Source: Candidatus Multivoradales bacterium (lineage in GTDB: Bacteria > Acidobacteriota > Thermoanaerobaculia > Multivoradales > JAHEKO01). Taken from it: 64,000 nucleotides of DNA. This document shows positions 20,637 through 30,694 of the stretch, in pieces; position 1 is the first letter of the stretch, and each line of letters starts with the position of its first letter. The notes under the pieces were generated by a model. It was not told where the DNA came from and searched no databases. It worked only from the letters and a program-made list of their open reading frames with translations. A program made the position numbers and the translations under genes. The stretch is from the NCBI GenBank assembly GCA_965248055.1, contig CBDFIJ010000004.1:480001-544000 (forward strand). The letters run 5' to 3'.

Positions 20637-21097
20637 GCTTGATCCCCCTCACCAAGATCTCGCACCAGGGTCCGCACGCTGCCCGCAGAGAAGCCCAAGG
20701 CGGCAAAAAACTGGGCGATGCCCTCTTGTTTCTCGATATCCACCAAAGTCTTCACCGACCGCGCGCCGCGCTGCTGAAAATGGTTCAGCATGCGCTCGAC
20801 CAGCCGCCGGCCCACCGAACGCCCCCGCACCTCGGGATCAACTCCTAAGACTTCGATCCATCCGGTGGGTTCCTCAAAACCAAATTCGCCCGAACGAACC
20901 TCGCCAAACATAAAACCCACAACACGACCGCCGTCTTGCGCCACTACCGAAGCATCCGGATCGCGACGCGAGTAGTAGCTCAGCCGGGTCTCCCAGACTT
21001 CGGGTTGATACTTACCACTAATTTTCTCGTCGAGCGCTGCGATACCCCCGAGATGGGTATCATCAAGCGCCACTACTTGGATGTCATGATCTGCCAT
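20633..21097 (-). CDS. GNAT family N-acetyltransferase
   Basis: LGVDPEVRGRSVGRRL motif A, FFAALGF; AGGAG RBS; ATGA overlap with the downstream gene. Confidence 0.88.
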   Translation of the reverse strand: MADHDIQVVALDDTHLGGIAALDEKISGKYQPEVWETRLSYYSRRDPDASVVAQDGGRVVGFMFGEVRSGEFGFEEPTGWIEVLGVDPEVRGRSVGRRLVERMLNHFQQRGARSVKTLVDIEKQEGIAQFFAALGFSAGSVRTLVRDLGEGDQA

Positions 21098-21230
21098 GTT
21101 TTAGCTCCTCGCCATGGTGTACTCGCCCAGATATATTTTTCTTGCCGATAGCTGTACCACCACCGCAACGTGCCCAGTCTACCAAGCAATACCCACACCG
21201 GCAGGACCCGCTCGGAAGCACCCAAAGTAG

Positions 21231-22181
21231 CTAAGCGACGTGCTCGTGGGCGTGGTAGCTAGAGCGCACCAAGGCTCCAGACTCACAGTGGGTAAAGCCC
21301 CGTTGTAGAGCGTACGAGCGGTAAGCGGCAAACTGCTCCGGAGTGACCCAACGATCCACCGGCAAGTGCTTCCGAGTTGGTTGGAGATATTGACCGATGG
21401 TCAAAATCTCGACTCCAGCGTTGCGGATATCGGTGATGGTTCCACGGATTTCGCTCTCGCTCTCACCGATCCCAGCCATGATGCCAGTCTTGACGCGACC
21501 GGGACCTCGCAGTCCTCGATATCGACCATCGGCAACCCGTTCTGCCGCTTCAGCGAGCAGCTCTAAAGATCTACGATACCTGCTTCCCGGGCGTGCTTCA
21601 CGGTAGAGCCTGGGAACCGTTTCCATGTTGTGCGAGAACACTTCAGGCTCGGCATCAAGAACAAAATCTAGAGCGTCGGGAACTCCGCGGAAATCCGGGG
21701 TCAAGACTTCCACCACTGTCTCGGAACACCGCTGATGAATCGCTCGAATGACCTCTGCAAAATGCCGAGCACCGCCATCTGGCAAATCGTCCCGGTCCAC
21801 CGAGGTGATCACCGCGTGCTGCAGACCCATGGCTTCGACTGCTTGCGCCACGTGCTCCGGTTCCTGAGCGTCCACCCCCGGATTGGGCCTGCCAGAGGTG
21901 ACGGCGCAAAACCCACACCGACGGGTACAGATGTCACCCAAGATCATCATGGTCGCTGTGCCGTGTTCACCCCAGCACTCATAAATGTTGGGGCATTTCG
22001 CTTCTTCGCAAACGGTGTTCAGATTCAGTCGTGAGACCAAATTGCGAACCTCGTGGTAACGCGCCGGGGTGCGCAAGCGAATACGCAACCAATCCGGACG
22101 GCCACCGGCAGATGGTGGAGCTTGGCTTTCGCCCGAGGCAGGAGACGCACCGCCAATTTGAACTAGATCGTGTGACATCAA
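21231..22181 (-). CDS. lipA: lipoyl synthase
   Basis: CEEAKCPNIYEC, CTRRCGFC, VRSSYHA. Confidence 0.97.
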   Translation of the reverse strand: MMSHDLVQIGGASPASGESQAPPSAGGRPDWLRIRLRTPARYHEVRNLVSRLNLNTVCEEAKCPNIYECWGEHGTATMMILGDICTRRCGFCAVTSGRPNPGVDAQEPEHVAQAVEAMGLQHAVITSVDRDDLPDGGARHFAEVIRAIHQRCSETVVEVLTPDFRGVPDALDFVLDAEPEVFSHNMETVPRLYREARPGSRYRRSLELLAEAAERVADGRYRGLRGPGRVKTGIMAGIGESESEIRGTITDIRNAGVEILTIGQYLQPTRKHLPVDRWVTPEQFAAYRSYALQRGFTHCESGALVRSSYHAHEHVA

Positions 22182-22315
22182 TTTCTCGCGGTTACCCTTT
22201 CAGCCCATTTTCTGGACGAGCTTCATTCTACCTAGGTTGCTCTGACAATTTCCCGGGATACGGAGCATCCGAGAGCGACCAATCCGAGCTTTCGGCAAAC
22301 CGGTAAACTAGCTTG

Positions 22316-24010
22316 ATGCGCGGCTTCCGGTTCCCAACCCCGCTGCCCCAACTGCGCCACTGCGCCCCGGGTCGGTTTCCCCTGGTGATCGGCGTCGCTC
22401 TGAGTGTCCTGGTGCTAACTAGCTGCGAAACAGCGAAACCCATGAAGGTGGCCCAGTCGAAAACGGCGACTACGGTGGAGTCCACTCGACCCATCTCGCC
22501 CCCTGCCCAGGAGGCGAGACCATCGACCCAAGTTGCGAACCCTGGATCCCAGCACAGTTCGGTCGCAGTTTCGGTTGCGGTGCCGGAGGCCCTGATCGCC
22601 ACCGCCTCGGACTGGTACGGGCTCTACATACAAGACACCAAAGTCGGGTTCCTGCATCGGCAGCGTGGGCCGGTGCAAACAGCCTCGGGCGAGTCGACCA
22701 TCGAACTGCGTGAGGATTTCGAAATCCACGCTCTGGTCCTGGGCGGTGAACGCTCAACCAAAATCAGCGAATATCAGCAATTCTTGGCCCAACCCCCGCA
22801 CCTGCTGCACTCTGCAACCTCAGAAACCATCCAGGGTGATGACCGAAGACTGATTCGCGTTGTGCGCACTCAAGACGGCTATGACGCCGAGATCTGCGAG
22901 GCCGACGGTTGTCGCTCGCATGCGCCAGGTATCGATCGCTATACCCTTTCCGACGCGCTGGCCGCCGAAATTTGGATTCGCTCCCATCCCCAGGAAGGCA
23001 CCTCGATCGGCACTGACTCTCTGCTTCTCGGAGATCTCAAACGTAGTCGGGACCAGGTCACTCTGTCGGCCTATCGCTCGACCTTCCTTGACGGACTTCA
23101 GGTCGACTACGCAGAAATTCAGTTTGAAGATCAAGCCAGCGGTATCTCTGGAACCATGCGCATGACGCCTGAAGGCCGCCTACTTGCGGGCACTCTCGCC
23201 GGTGCCTTTGATATCCAATTGGAATCGGAACAGGCCGCCCGCACCTTGGAGGACACCACTGACTTATTCTTGGCGCAAGCAGTACGCGTGGACCAACCGC
23301 TGGGAGAGCTAGAGGAAATTACGGCGATGACTCTGGCGCTGGAGTTCCAGGAGGGTGTCGTTCTTCCATCTAGTCAATACCAATCGTGGTCGTGCACTGA
23401 TCAGGCTTGCCAGTTGCGATTGGGAGCAACCACATCGGCGGGTGCCGAGGATCCTGATTCCCCAGGCAGCCAGACCAGAGACAGTCAGTCCAAAGACGGT
23501 GACTCCAGAGATAGTGAGATCCAAGAAGCTCTGGAAGCGACGGTCAGCCTGCCAACCCAGATTCCAGCAATTCGGGACCTGGCCAAGCGTGCAGTCTCTG
23601 CCGACCTCAGCCAGCGTCAGCAGGTCGAGGAGCTGGTTCACTTTGTCTCCGACTACATCGAAGACTCCTACTTTGCCGAACCGCTTTCGGTGACTGATCT
23701 GATCGACGACCCTCGTGGTGATTGCACCGAGCATTCGATGTTGTTCATCACCCTGGCGCGTTCGCTCGGCATTCCGGCGCGAGAGGTCACCGGGCTGCTC
23801 TACACCGGTGACCTGAGCCAGTCTTTCGGCGGTCATGCCTGGGCCGAAGTTTTCGTTGACCATGCGTGGTTGGAGGTAGACCCAACCTGGGATGAGATTC
23901 CGCCCAACGCCGGACATATCCGTCTCGGCCATCGCTTGGGAGACACCGTGGCACTGCAAGCCGCTCTGGCGGGCGCTACGTTGCGGCTAGTCGAAGTGGA
24001 GCGTCGATAG
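22316..24010 (+). CDS. transglutaminase-like domain lipoprotein
   Basis: lipobox VLTS-C; triad GDCTEH / GHAWAE / VDPTW. Confidence 0.8.
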   Translation: MRGFRFPTPLPQLRHCAPGRFPLVIGVALSVLVLTSCETAKPMKVAQSKTATTVESTRPISPPAQEARPSTQVANPGSQHSSVAVSVAVPEALIATASDWYGLYIQDTKVGFLHRQRGPVQTASGESTIELREDFEIHALVLGGERSTKISEYQQFLAQPPHLLHSATSETIQGDDRRLIRVVRTQDGYDAEICEADGCRSHAPGIDRYTLSDALAAEIWIRSHPQEGTSIGTDSLLLGDLKRSRDQVTLSAYRSTFLDGLQVDYAEIQFEDQASGISGTMRMTPEGRLLAGTLAGAFDIQLESEQAARTLEDTTDLFLAQAVRVDQPLGELEEITAMTLALEFQEGVVLPSSQYQSWSCTDQACQLRLGATTSAGAEDPDSPGSQTRDSQSKDGDSRDSEIQEALEATVSLPTQIPAIRDLAKRAVSADLSQRQQVEELVHFVSDYIEDSYFAEPLSVTDLIDDPRGDCTEHSMLFITLARSLGIPAREVTGLLYTGDLSQSFGGHAWAEVFVDHAWLEVDPTWDEIPPNAGHIRLGHRLGDTVALQAALAGATLRLVEVERR

Positions 24011-24084
24011 CGTTGGGATATCCCGGAGTCCGGGAGAAGGGTTCCACTGCTCGATACCTCGGTGGTTGCACGGTCGCACCTCCA

Positions 24085-24819
24085 CTAAGGAGAGACAGCC
24101 GGCGAACGGAGATCGCCTGCGGCCAGCTTGCGCCCCAGCACCCGTTCAAAGTGGCCAACCAAACAATCAGCCACCTCTGGCAGCGACGGAGCTGTACCCA
24201 GCTCCTGCGCGATAGACGTCATCTGCACGCCCTGCAGTCCGCAGGCAACGATGCCCTGAAAATAAGACAGATCGGTGCTGACGTTGAGCGCGAATCCATG
24301 GGTGGTAATCCAGCGGCTCAAATGAACCCCAATGGAAGCAATCTTGCGTGCGCCAACCCAAACACCAATCTCAGCTTGCTGGTGGCGAGCGTGAGCCTCA
24401 ATACCAAAGTCGCCAAGCATTGCTACCAACATCTCTTGCAAGCGATCAACGTACTGGCGAATATCGCGCTCGGCCCCCAGATCGAGAATCGGATAACCAA
24501 CCAGCTGTCCCGGTCCGTGGTAGGTAACTTGCCCACCGCGGTCGGTTTCATAAACCTCAACTCCGCGACTGGCGAGCCACTCTTTAGGCATCACGATGTC
24601 GTCCTGCGAGGCGCTGCGGCCCAGAGTGTAGACGTGCGAATGCTCCAGCATCACCAAGGCTTCAGGGCCCCCTTGGCGTAGTTGCTCGCGCAACTTTTCT
24701 TGCAAGGTAAGACCCGCGGCGTAGGAAATCAGACCGAGCCACTGCCAGGCGGTGCTGGTAGTTTTTTCCAACCCGGGCGAGCGACTAGAGATAGGGATCG
24801 AGCTCGTTCCAGCTTTCAT
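24085..24819 (-). CDS. lipB: lipoyl(octanoyl) transferase
   Basis: LEHSHVYTLG, RGGQVTYHGPGQLVGY, KIASIG, HGFALN; true start may be downstream. Confidence 0.95.
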   Translation of the reverse strand: MKAGTSSIPISSRSPGLEKTTSTAWQWLGLISYAAGLTLQEKLREQLRQGGPEALVMLEHSHVYTLGRSASQDDIVMPKEWLASRGVEVYETDRGGQVTYHGPGQLVGYPILDLGAERDIRQYVDRLQEMLVAMLGDFGIEAHARHQQAEIGVWVGARKIASIGVHLSRWITTHGFALNVSTDLSYFQGIVACGLQGVQMTSIAQELGTAPSLPEVADCLVGHFERVLGRKLAAGDLRSPAVSP

Positions 24820-26425
24820 TCGCCAGTGTGTGGCGGATGTCGTTCATAAAGTGGTCGGCATCTGCGCCATCGACCAGACGATGGTCATAGGTGATCGCCA
24901 TGTAACACATGGTTTTGATCGCGATGGTGTCATTGCCCTCACTGTCCGTGACCACCACCGGCCGCTTCTCAATCGCCCCCAATCCCAAAATCGCCACCTG
25001 TGGTTGATTGATAATCGGGGTGCCAAACAGACTGCCGTAGACGCCGGGATTGGTAACGGTAAACGTTCCACCCTGGATGTCGTCCGGCGACAGTTTCTTG
25101 GAACGTGCTTGGGCCGCCAGGTCGTTGGCCTGTTTTGCCAAGCCCAAGAGCGATAACTGATCAGCGTTCTTGATCACCGGGACGATTAAGCCCCAATCCA
25201 ACGCCACCGCCATACCCAAATTAATGTCGCGCTTGAATACGATGTTGGTTCCGTCAATCGAGGCGTTGAGCTTACGGTGGCTCTTGAGAGCATTGGCAAT
25301 CGCCCGAAAGATAAACGGCATGTAGCTCAGCTTGGTGTCCTGAGCTGCCTCAAACTTCTCCTTGGCTTGCTTGCGAATGCGCGCCACCCGAGACATGTCG
25401 ACGTGAAACAGGGTCGTCACGTGCGCCGCAGTCGATTTGGAGTAGGACATGTGCGCCGCGGTGATCTGTCGAATTCTCGACATTGGCTCAATCTCGACGT
25501 TGTCGTTGGGACCATACGGCGCGACGTAGAAGTCGCCACTCGAGCGGGTAGTTGGTGGGGGCACTGCCCGTTTGGCCGGGAGTCCGACCTTAGCCGGGGC
25601 TTGCTCAACCACCGACTGAGCGGCTGGAGCAGGGGAAACCACCACTTGCGCCGCTTGCGCCGGAGCTGGCTGGGTCGTCGTCGGAACTGCTGGCGTTGGG
25701 GTCGCCTGGGTTGGAGCGGGGCTGGTTGGGGCAACCGGGTCAGGTACTGGAGCAGAGCTGGGCAACGGAGCGGGTGCTACCGGCTGAATAATCTGATCCG
25801 CCGCCGCACTCACCCCAGAAACTTCTGCGGGTGAAGGTGTGGGAAGTACAACCGCCGCTTCTCCACTCTTCGCAATGTAGCGCTCGACGTCTGCTTTGGT
25901 CACCCGGCCATGGATCCCAGTGCCGGGGATTGCGCTGATGTCCAGTCCGTGTTGTTCGGCCATCTTGCGCACCACCGGTGACGAGTGGGTACGTACCCGC
26001 TCCACCTCACGCGCAGACTCGGGAGCGGAAGGGGCAGTCCCTTGCGTAGCTACAGGCGCAACCGCCATGGGTTCGACAGCCACTGGTTGCACTACCACAG
26101 GTTGTCCGATCATTGGGTCAGCCACCACAGCTTCCGCGACCGGCTCAACCGCAACCACTGGTGCGGTGGGAGCGGTCGCCTGCTCACCGGCTTCGCCGAT
26201 TAGAGCCACCACTTCATCTACCGGCACCGTCGTGCCTTCCGGGTAGCGAATCTCCAACAACACGCCGTCTCCAGGACTGGGAATTTCCGCATCCACTTTG
26301 TCGGTCGATATTTCAAACAGCGGTTGATCGCGCTCGACCCGCTCACCAACTTGGGCCATCCAGCGGGTAATCGTGCCCTCAGCTACCGACTCCCCCATTT
26401 GGGGCATCACCACTTCCGTCGCCAT
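24785..26425 (-). CDS. 2-oxoacid dehydrogenase E2 dihydrolipoamide acyltransferase
   Basis: lipoyl domain MPQMGES...STDKV, E3-binding GTGIHGRVTK, catalytic DHRLVDG; GGAG RBS before 26425. Confidence 0.95.
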   Translation of the reverse strand: MATEVVMPQMGESVAEGTITRWMAQVGERVERDQPLFEISTDKVDAEIPSPGDGVLLEIRYPEGTTVPVDEVVALIGEAGEQATAPTAPVVAVEPVAEAVVADPMIGQPVVVQPVAVEPMAVAPVATQGTAPSAPESAREVERVRTHSSPVVRKMAEQHGLDISAIPGTGIHGRVTKADVERYIAKSGEAAVVLPTPSPAEVSGVSAAADQIIQPVAPAPLPSSAPVPDPVAPTSPAPTQATPTPAVPTTTQPAPAQAAQVVVSPAPAAQSVVEQAPAKVGLPAKRAVPPPTTRSSGDFYVAPYGPNDNVEIEPMSRIRQITAAHMSYSKSTAAHVTTLFHVDMSRVARIRKQAKEKFEAAQDTKLSYMPFIFRAIANALKSHRKLNASIDGTNIVFKRDINLGMAVALDWGLIVPVIKNADQLSLLGLAKQANDLAAQARSKKLSPDDIQGGTFTVTNPGVYGSLFGTPIINQPQVAILGLGAIEKRPVVVTDSEGNDTIAIKTMCYMAITYDHRLVDGADADHFMNDIRHTLANESWNELDPYL

Positions 26426-26553
26426 GTTCTTCTCCAAAATTGCCGTATTTAGATCCACCCAACGACCTGTTGGGTGGCCAAGCAGGGCAATAGGCTAGCA
26501 CGCTCTCGCCCGACGAAAACGCTTTGGTTGAACGTCAGGGACTCGCCGCGACG

Positions 26554-27267
26554 CTAGCTTCGCTGGGTCGCCGAGTGGGGTTTGGAAGGCTCGCGTCCCG
26601 CCCCTTGCATCGTCACCACTTTCTTGTCGGCGCTCGGCTTTTCGGCGTTCGCTGTGCTTTGAGCCTGGGCGTCACTGCGCCCGCCGGCAATCGTTCTCTG
26701 CGCCGATTCTGATGCAGGAGTCGCGACAGCCTTCTTCGGTTGTTCAACGACAACCTGCTCCTTGACCGCGATTCGAGCAATCTCGCCCTCGATCTGGGCT
26801 CCTTTGGCGATTGAAATTGAATCCCGGTAGAGCAACCGTCCGGCACCCTTGGCACTGGGACCGACCTCGATCTCTTGGGCCTCAAGCACTCCGTTGAACT
26901 CACCATCGACATGAATCTTGCCGCGTGCACTCACTTTTCCACCGCCGAATTTGCCGGTGATGGTGACGTCTGAACCGGCAACAATGTCACCGCCTTTGAG
27001 TTCACCCTGAATACTGACACTTCCTTCTTTGGTGGTGATTCCACCCTTACACACACCCTTGATGACGATGTTGGAGTCGGTCTCTGAAGTGATATTACCT
27101 TCTACCTCACCACTCAATTCCATATCGCAATCGACTTGCACATCACCGGCCATGCGACTGCCTTTGAGAATGCGATTCACGGTCCGTTGGCCAGTCGTAC
27201 TCTTGGGAGCTGGAACGGGGCCTGAAACAACTGGTTCGTGTTGCGGTGAATCCTGTCTGTTGAACAT
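26554..27267 (-). CDS. bactofilin (polymer-forming cytoskeletal) protein with extended beta-helix
   Basis: repeated I/V-x-G-x-V-x-G-x-I motifs over ~160 aa; GGAGG RBS before MFNRQD. Confidence 0.8.
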   Translation of the reverse strand: MFNRQDSPQHEPVVSGPVPAPKSTTGQRTVNRILKGSRMAGDVQVDCDMELSGEVEGNITSETDSNIVIKGVCKGGITTKEGSVSIQGELKGGDIVAGSDVTITGKFGGGKVSARGKIHVDGEFNGVLEAQEIEVGPSAKGAGRLLYRDSISIAKGAQIEGEIARIAVKEQVVVEQPKKAVATPASESAQRTIAGGRSDAQAQSTANAEKPSADKKVVTMQGAGREPSKPHSATQRS

Positions 27268-27498
27268 TTTGACCTCCAGATTTTGGCGCGGTTTGAGCCC
27301 GACGAGGCGCCCGCAATGGATCTCGCACCCTAGATCAAATCTAGCCCGGTGGCAATTGGATAGATCACGAACCAGCAAAGAGTGCGAACTGAGCCTCTAT
27401 TAGTGAAAAAATAGGGTCATTTCGTATTTCTGCAGCCAGCCTCAAACTCATGCCTCTTGGAGCATTGGAGTGATTCCACTCAATCTGAAATTCACTTC

Positions 27499-28191
27499 CT
27501 AGCGTTGAACAATCGCCGGTGGGCAAGCCGTGGTGTTCAGCGCATCCATCCACCCACGCCCGGCCAACACCACACTCCGATTGGTAAACCCGTGCCAGTA
27601 GGCAGTGACACTGACCGCAGTAGCAACCAGAAAGGGCAGGTTAAGCCCGAACTCGGGAGTCATCTTGATCGACGCCTGAACATCATTCACGCTGGGCAGC
27701 AATCCCCGGGTCGGATGGTGGGTGTGCACCCAAGCTGCGGCTCCCGGCGGTGGATCCCAGAGGTGAACATGTGGCCCTTTATGGCGACGCCCCGAACTCC
27801 AATCCGGATGATCCGTTCCGTCGTGAACCATCACCGTCGAAGAACTTCCGCCCACATAGCCAGCGGCTTCCAAAGTAGCACTCGGGCTCCCATCAGTAGC
27901 GTGCGAAGCCCGAACAATGCAAGCGATCCTCTGTGAAGTCTGATCGAAGAGCCCTTTCAGCACCGCGTTGGCTGCTCGCGAACTGAGCCTTCGACCTCCC
28001 AGGCCGTCGGCTTGAAACTGAGCGATATCAAACGAAGCTCGTGGCGGTTCGACGACTTTGACAGAGGGAGATGATTCCGACACTGCCTGCCGAACCACCG
28101 CCGCGGGCACCAAACTTCGCAACGGAACCTCATCAATGGCGGCAAGAGAAAGCAGTGTACTGGTCAAAAGCCCGATGAGGGATTTGGTCAT
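27499..28191 (-). CDS. secreted hypothetical protein with JAB/JAMM-like motif
   Basis: signal peptide; WVHTHHP...PSVND; GAGG RBS. Confidence 0.5.
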   Translation of the reverse strand: MTKSLIGLLTSTLLSLAAIDEVPLRSLVPAAVVRQAVSESSPSVKVVEPPRASFDIAQFQADGLGGRRLSSRAANAVLKGLFDQTSQRIACIVRASHATDGSPSATLEAAGYVGGSSSTVMVHDGTDHPDWSSGRRHKGPHVHLWDPPPGAAAWVHTHHPTRGLLPSVNDVQASIKMTPEFGLNLPFLVATAVSVTAYWHGFTNRSVVLAGRGWMDALNTTACPPAIVQR

Positions 28192-28561
28192 TTGCCTCGC
28201 GCCCTAGAGACTTCGGCGGCGCTGCTACCCGTCCTCTAGAACTACTCTTGACTACGCCACGAGCGTCGCGAATGTTTTCGAGTTTTGCAAATATCTCCAT
28301 TAGAATCAATAAGTTACAAACGCTAATGCGCCTATCGAAACGCTAGCGATACCCGATCCAATCTACGGAAATGGTCGACAAGGGTGCGATCTACCGCGTT
28401 TCGGATTCCTCCCATGGTCCCGTGATCAAGATCAAGCGAGCCACCCTGAGTCGCCACTCGATCCCCGCGGGCCATTCTGTTCGCCAGCTAGATCTCGGAC
28501 GTCGCCACAGAATGCCGCATTAGGACTTCTGCAATACCTCTGCGGCTGTTATGTTGCGCCG

Positions 28562-29494
28562 ATGTCACCACTAGCCTGGAGGACCAGCCTACGAACCGCT
28601 GTCGTGGCGATGGTTTGCCTAGCATGCTTTGGCTGCACACCTACCCTTGAGTTCGTCGGGGTTCGACTGTTCTATGACCGAGCGCCTGAAGTCGAACGGA
28701 TCGACGACATCGCCTATCGACCAGAAAGTGACCATCCCAAGCATCGCCTGGACTTATTCAAACCGAATGGGACCGACTGGCCGACACTGGTCTTTGTCCA
28801 CGGTGGGGGTTGGACCGGCGGAGATAAGGGTCTGGTTGTCAGTGGGGCTGATGTCTACGCCAACATTGGCCGTTTCTATGCCGCTCGTGGGTTTGGCGTC
28901 GCTTTGGTTAACTATCGACTACAGCCCGAGGTCACATGGCGCGAGCAAGTCGATGACGTCGCCACCGCGGTGCAATGGCTAAACACCCATCTAGCTGAAT
29001 ATGGCGGCAACCGTAACGCGCTGTTTCTCTCCGGACACTCCGCTGGGGCGCAACTGGTGGCACGGGTCGCGGTCGACGATCAACTCACTGCTCCCTTTGC
29101 TTCGGCAATCTGTGGCGTGATTCCCGTCAGCGGAGCCGGCTACGACTTGGCAGACCAGCGCACCTACCAGTTGGACGCTGAACCCGACTACTACGAACAA
29201 CGATTCCGCGCCGACGATCCCACCGACAACTGGCTGAGGGAAGCCAGCACCACCCCGTGGGTGGACGAAGACGACCCACCTTTCCTACTTCTCTATTCGT
29301 TACGCGAATGGAAAGCCTTGGGTCATCAAAACCATCTGCTCGGAGACGCGATCAAAGCGGTAGGAGGTCGGGCGAGCGTGGTACCCATCCAAGGGCAGAA
29401 TCATGGGCGGATGCTTCTAGCGATGACCCGACAGCGCACTCCAGTCTCCGATCAAGTCTTAGAATTTTTGCGAGCTACCAACTGCCCGCGTTAG
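28562..29494 (+). CDS. alpha/beta hydrolase (HSL-like carboxylesterase), probable lipoprotein
   Basis: FVHGGGW, NYRL, GHSAG, C-terminal NH; CFGC lipobox-like. Confidence 0.88.
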   Translation: MSPLAWRTSLRTAVVAMVCLACFGCTPTLEFVGVRLFYDRAPEVERIDDIAYRPESDHPKHRLDLFKPNGTDWPTLVFVHGGGWTGGDKGLVVSGADVYANIGRFYAARGFGVALVNYRLQPEVTWREQVDDVATAVQWLNTHLAEYGGNRNALFLSGHSAGAQLVARVAVDDQLTAPFASAICGVIPVSGAGYDLADQRTYQLDAEPDYYEQRFRADDPTDNWLREASTTPWVDEDDPPFLLLYSLREWKALGHQNHLLGDAIKAVGGRASVVPIQGQNHGRMLLAMTRQRTPVSDQVLEFLRATNCPR

Positions 29495-29617
29495 CGACTA
29501 GCAGCCCACGCTTGCAATCGCGCGGCTTGGTTTCACCCAACGCAAGCCGACGCCTTTGGGGCCCCGGCGTATTGTTGGTTTTTCGACCAGTGCTCGTCTG
29601 ACCCAGGATCTGAACTC

Positions 29618-29808
29618 TACGGGCTCTGGAGAGTGCGCTCTATGAGCGCCGCCCAGAGCCTGGCAGGCTCCTGACCATTCTGATCGCGGCAGCCAGTACG
29701 CTGCGTCTGACTATCGCATGAAACTAGAAGATTCCCGCATTACGGTGAGTATGAGCCGCAAGGGCAACTGCTGGGACAACGCGCCGATGGAGAACTTCTT
29801 TGGCAGCT
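29618..29808 (+). pseudogene. IS3-family transposase fragment
   Basis: ALESALYERRPEPG, frameshift, HSDRGSQYAASDY...SMSRKGNCWDNAPMENFF. Confidence 0.85.
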
Positions 29809-30694
29809 TCCCCGCTTCGGCTATCGTCGTTTGCACGCGCTTCTGGTTAGGGAAGACTTTCATGTCAATCACAAGCGGATCCACCGAATATATCGCGAAG
29901 AGCAATTGATGCTTGGTCGTCGCAAACGCAAGAAAGTGGCAGTGTGTTCACGCCGCTGCCGCAAGGATCCCAGTGCTGCGAACCATCGATAGTCGGCGGA
30001 CTATGTATCCGATAGCTTGTCGTCGGGTCGCAAGTTTAGGACCTTGAATCCAGTAGATGACTATGAGCGGACATGCTTGGCGATTGAAGTCGACACGTCG
30101 ATTTCGACCAACCGCGTTACCAGAGTCCTAGCAGCCTGCTGAAAAAGTCGCAGATTTGGCGGTTTGAGGATCAATCTTGCACGACCGTCGGCGTAAGTCC
30201 TTTGTTTTGGTCTTCTGAACGAGCCATCTCAGGTTTTTCGGCACCCTCAAAATCGGTTTTCAGCAGGCTCCTAGATCGAGTGATCGAGCTACGGGGCGCT
30301 TAGCCGAAGAACATCGTCTTTGATAACCGGCCAGCGCCAAGAGCCAAGAAGGTTGACAAGTGGGCCTACCGGAACGGGATTGAGCTGGACTTTATGCGCC
30401 CTGGTAAGCCCGTGGATAACTGCATTGTAGAGAGCTTCAACGGCAAGTTTCGAGGCGAGTGCCTGAATATGCATTGGTTTGCCTGGCTCGCCGAAGCAAG
30501 GAGTCTTATCGAGGATTGGAGGATCGATTTCAACCAACAAAGACCTCACGGTTCGCTGGGATATACACCCCAAGTGAGTATGCCGCGCAGCAGGCGCTAC
30601 GGTCGACTACGTCGACCTTCGCACCCGTTGTCAAACGATCATGAAACCGGACGGATACTCTCATTATGATTGCGCGGACAAAGGGGGCAGGTCA
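29809..30694 (+). mobile_element. degraded IS3-family (IS407-like) element: orfB relic plus right end
   Basis: RFGYRRLH...NHKRIHRIYREE, PGKPVDN..ESFNGKFRGECLN, RPHGSLG with stops and frameshifts; ends GGGGGCAGGTCA. Confidence 0.85.
30132..30270. mobile_element. 139-bp MITE with CTAG target duplication
   Basis: TIRs AGCCTGCTGAAAA / TTTTCAGCAGGCT; CTAG at 30128-30131 and 30271-30274; removal restores the IS3 frame RVLDRVIELRG. Confidence 0.85.
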
